Below the pieces are notes generated by a model. That model searched no databases. It had not been told where the DNA came from and saw nothing but the letters and a program-made list of their open reading frames with translations. DNA of 64,000 nucleotides, taken from NCBI RefSeq assembly GCF_963921235.1, contig NC_086097.1:99760001-99824000 (forward strand). The letters are read 5' to 3'. Positions within the stretch are counted from its first letter, which is position 1; every line of letters starts with the position of its first letter. Below are positions 60,462-64,000 of this stretch, piece after piece. The stretch is from Mobula hypostoma. Taxonomy: Eukaryota. Made by a program: the position numbers and the translations under genes.

Positions 60462-60930
60462 GTCAAGTCAAGTCACTTTTTATTGTCATTTCGACCATAA
60501 CTGCTGGTACAGTACACAGAAAAAACGAGACAATGTTTTTCAGGACCATGGTGCTACATGAACAATACAAAAACTACACTTAACTACGTAAAACAACACA
60601 AAACTACACTAGACTACAGACCTACCCAGGACCGCATAAAGTGCACAAAACAGTACAGGCATTACAATAAATAATAAACAAGACAATATGCACAGTAGCG
60701 GGCAGTAGGCTGGTGTCAGACCAGGCTCTGGGTATTGAGGAACCTGATGGCTTGGGGGAAGAAACTGTTACATAGTCTGGTCGTGAAAGCCCAAATACTT
60801 CGGTGCCTTTTGCCAGATGGCAGGAGGGAGATGAGTTTGTATGAGAGGTGCGTGGGGTCCTTCATAATGCTGTTTGCTTTACAGATGCAGCGTGTGGTGT
60901 AAATGTCTGTAATGGCGGAAAGAGAGACCT
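60462..60930 (-). mobile_element. Rex1/Babar-type LINE 3' end
   Basis: Reverse strand encodes LLPSGKRHRSI...SFFPQAIRFLN; (TTGAC)n tail. Confidence 0.75.
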
Positions 60931-61774
60931 AGGCCTGAACCATGCTATTGCCTGACCTATGGCACAGACGTAATATGTCATATCAGCCCAAGTTGAAAGC
61001 ATTCAGAAGCAGAATGCTCGCTCAATTTTCACGAGTTATGACTGTAAAAAGTTCACTTCTGTTCAACAAACACCTGTTTCTAACCTTACGTTGTAGCAAG
61101 CGAAGATAACAGTAAACTCTACACTCAGCAATCTCCTTTTGTGAGAGTCATAATTCTCTTTCCTTTGATGCCCATTGACTTGGGATTTAGTGGTGTTTCT
61201 TGATGCAATAGGTAAAAGCTGTCTTAATCTAAAGGAAATAATCCTCCCCTCACCTGGGTTTCAAGTTTGAACTAAAGCTAAAAGGAGACTAGAAAGTAAC
61301 ACAAATTGTGAATCAGTGAGCACATTTTTACTGACCAAATACTACTTGGTAGCAGTGCTGTTGGCTATGGAAAGGCTGATTGGTCAGTTAAGATGATTGG
61401 ATTTTCTAGATTTTTGTGTGGTTAAGAGATACTTAGGCCATTTTACAAAATGTCAGGTAGATGCTATGCTATACCTGTACTAGAAAAGTTTGTCTAGGGA
61501 TGCCACTATTTCTACAGCTCAAATCTTCAGGACTGCAGCAAGGAAGTACCTAGACCTAGTGTCTTGGCCATTTCTTGGTAATAGGAGGAAATGAATTCCC
61601 CTCCTAAGGCCAGATCATGGCAACCTCAGATCAAAGAGATGATCTGCAGTACCACTGATTGAATTTCATTGCAAATATTTGATATGATTTTTGCATTTTA
61701 ACAAGGGGCTCTGCCAATGAAAAGAATGAGGCTGTTAATTGTCCATGCTAAGTGCTTCCTAAAGGTTGTTATAG

Positions 61775-62300
61775 CCAGGGGTGTTGGTGGGGAAAGGCTC
61801 CCTCTACCTATTGGTTCCTAATGGTGTACCTCAAACAATCTCTGACTACAAAGTTCAGCTCCTGGCCTTCACATGTGGCTAGGCTAAGCCCAGCAAAACT
61901 GTTTCTATCGACCATGAGGGGCTAGTGGTGCCTTAAAACCAGTCACCAGACAGATGGGGCTTACCAGCTGCGGTTGGTAGCTCATCTAGAAGAAAAAGTC
62001 TGATTTCAGACCTCTGCCGCTTTGCGGCTGTACCCACTCATGGGGAAAGCTTTGGGAGTAAAGGCCGAGGAAAAATTCAAGGCTGGAGTCCTACGTTCAG
62101 TTCAACGCTGACTGGCAACTCCTGCAATGATAGTGGTGTCAAACTGTATTGGTCTCTGCCACTACTTTGGAGTCATCAGCTGTGTGGAGAGGGGGAGCCT
62201 GCTACATGGGCAACACCTGCTCTCCATATCATCTTGCCCAGGCTTGTCTATCACGTAGACAGCTGGGATGCAACATCCACGGTCAACCCCAACCAATGGA
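61775..62300 (+). mobile_element. Probable RTE-related non-autonomous retroposon
   Basis: GC-richer non-coding block with loose motif similarity (CAGCTC...TGTGGCT) to the insert at 7036-7570; family not confirmed. Confidence 0.35.
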
Positions 62301-62449
62301 GGGCCCCAATTCAAGAAAGGCCAGACTTAAGGCTGTATTCTCCTCTCACAGCTGAGATCGCTCTCCAGTACTCCCATTGTTCCAAGTTGAACCAGTTCCG
62401 TACATTTTCCATGGATCCTACCACACTCCTCAGGAAAAGACCACAAGTC

Positions 62450-63625
62450 CATAAGATACAGGAATAGAATTAGGCCATTTGGCCCATCGAGTCTGTTCTA
62501 CCATTTCACCATGGCTGATCCAATTTTCCTCTCAGCCCCAATCTGCCTTCTCCTCGTATCCCTTCATGCCCTGACAATCAACAATCAACTTCTGCCTTAG
62601 ATATAAAGACTTGGATCCACAGCTGCCTGTGGCAAAGAATTCCACAGATTCACCCACTCTCTGGCTAAAGGAATTCCTCCTTCTCCGTTTTAAAAAGATG
62701 TTCTATTTTTCTGAGGCTCCTCTGCTCTTAGATTCTTCCACCAGAGGAAACATCCTCTCCACATCCACACTATCAAGGCTTTCCACCATTTGATGGGTTT
62801 CAATGAGGTCACCCCTTATTTTTCTGAATTCTAGTGAATACAGGCCGAGCCATCAAATGCAACAAGCCATCAATTCCGTCATCCAAATCATTGACATATA
62901 ATGTAAAAAGAATCAGTCCCAACACAGACCCCTGTGGAGCACCACTATTCATCGGCGGCCAACCAAAAAGGAAGGGAACGTCCAGGGAGGGAGCGAGGGA
63001 ACGTCGACTCAGACCATGAGAGGCCTGCGTTGGGCATTTTCACGCCTTACAAGGCGCAGATTGGAAGTCTATGTGGGGCGCCACTCCTCGCACAGACTAG
63101 AGCAATGTGTGATTAAGTGCCTTGCTCAAGGGCACAAACACTCTGCCACAGCGGAGGCTCGAACTAGCGACCTTCAGATCACTAGACGAAAGCTTTAACC
63201 ACTTGGCCACGTGCCCAACACAAAAAAGGCTCCCTTTATTCCCATGCTTTGCCTCCTCCCATTCACTGACTGCTTTATGCATGCTAGAATCATTTTTGTC
63301 ATAGCATAGGCTCATAGCTTAAGCAGCCTCACGTGTGGCATCTTGTCAAAGGCCTTCTGAAAATCTAAGTACACAACATCAACCGATTCTCCGTTGCCTA
63401 TCCTGCTTGTTATTTCTTCAAGGAATTCCTATTTTACCACATACTTCCAAGTACCCAGAGTCCTCATCCTTAATAATTAACTCCAACATCTTCCCTACCA
63501 CTGAGATTAGACTAATTAGCCTATAGCCTCCTTTCTTTTACCCCTCTCCCTTCTTGAGAGTGGACTGACATTTGCAATTTCCAGTCTTTTGGAATCATTC
63601 CAGAATCTAGTGATTCTTGAAAGGT
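62450..63625 (-). mobile_element. CR1 LINE fragments
   Basis: Reverse strand NYRLISLI, LDFQKAFDKMPH and a CR1 tail at about 62450. Confidence 0.8.
62970..63216 (-). mobile_element. tRNA-derived SINE nested in CR1
   Basis: Head GGGCACGTGGCCAAGTGG (box A) and GTTCGAGCC (box B), followed by a non-tRNA body CCCTTGAGCAAGGCACTT. Confidence 0.8.
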
Positions 63626-64000
63626 CCAGTGCCAAGGTTGATTTTGGCCTCTGTTATTGTGACTGAATGCAGCTGTTTTGAACTGAGTGGATTTTCACAC
63701 CATTACAGCGGACAGGCAAGAGCTGATCAACTGGTATGCACCTGGAATTACAATTAAGCCAAACTGATTAGAGCAGATTTCTTTTTCCTCTGGGAACATG
63801 AGTGAGTAAAAATGGCTTTTAATAAGCCGTTATATAGTGCACATACACTAGCAGTTATAAACAAATCCACACTTTTAACCTAAATTTAATTTCCACATCT
63901 GCCACATTGGGATTTATAATTGTCTCGCAAGTTAATTCAAGCCTCTGGATTCTTTACCCAGTAATCTAACCACAGTGTAAAATTTGGTATTATACATAAT

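Noticed and set aside
63140..63216. Possible tRNA gene
   Set aside because: No proper acceptor stem, and it continues into a SINE body; it is a SINE head.
59431..64000. Search for RBM25 RRM exons
   Set aside because: None recognised; this stretch appears to be intron and repeats, so those exons lie outside the window.

Overview
Vertebrate nuclear DNA, most likely from a cartilaginous fish (shark or ray). That assignment is inferred from the repeat content: CR1 LINEs, V-domain SINEs, Penelope, Rex1 and Hero elements. Two host genes lie on the minus strand. NDUFAF1/CIA30 is complete (4 coding exons, 13119-17888, 284 aa). RBM25 is partial: 12 coding exons at 31415-59430 cover the RE/RD-rich region and PWI domain, and the RRM exons lie beyond the right edge. 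The rest is dense, often nested, decayed mobile DNA. At 1-10300 two different endogenous-retrovirus-like bodies abut one LTR and carry nested Penelope, Hero and short-retroposon insertions. There is also a solo LTR with a 35-bp G-rich array, a Gypsy element whose 5' LTR touches the NDUFAF1 promoter, three hAT elements, a Tc1 element and many LINE/SINE fragments. Most notable: (i) a repeat-free RBM25 intron packed with U1-complementary 5' splice sites and candidate poison/decoy exons; (ii) a Penelope hammerhead ribozyme with an intact core just upstream of NDUFAF1; (iii) the shared-LTR double ERV. All calls are by eye with no database searches, and repeat boundaries without TSD/TIR support are approximate.
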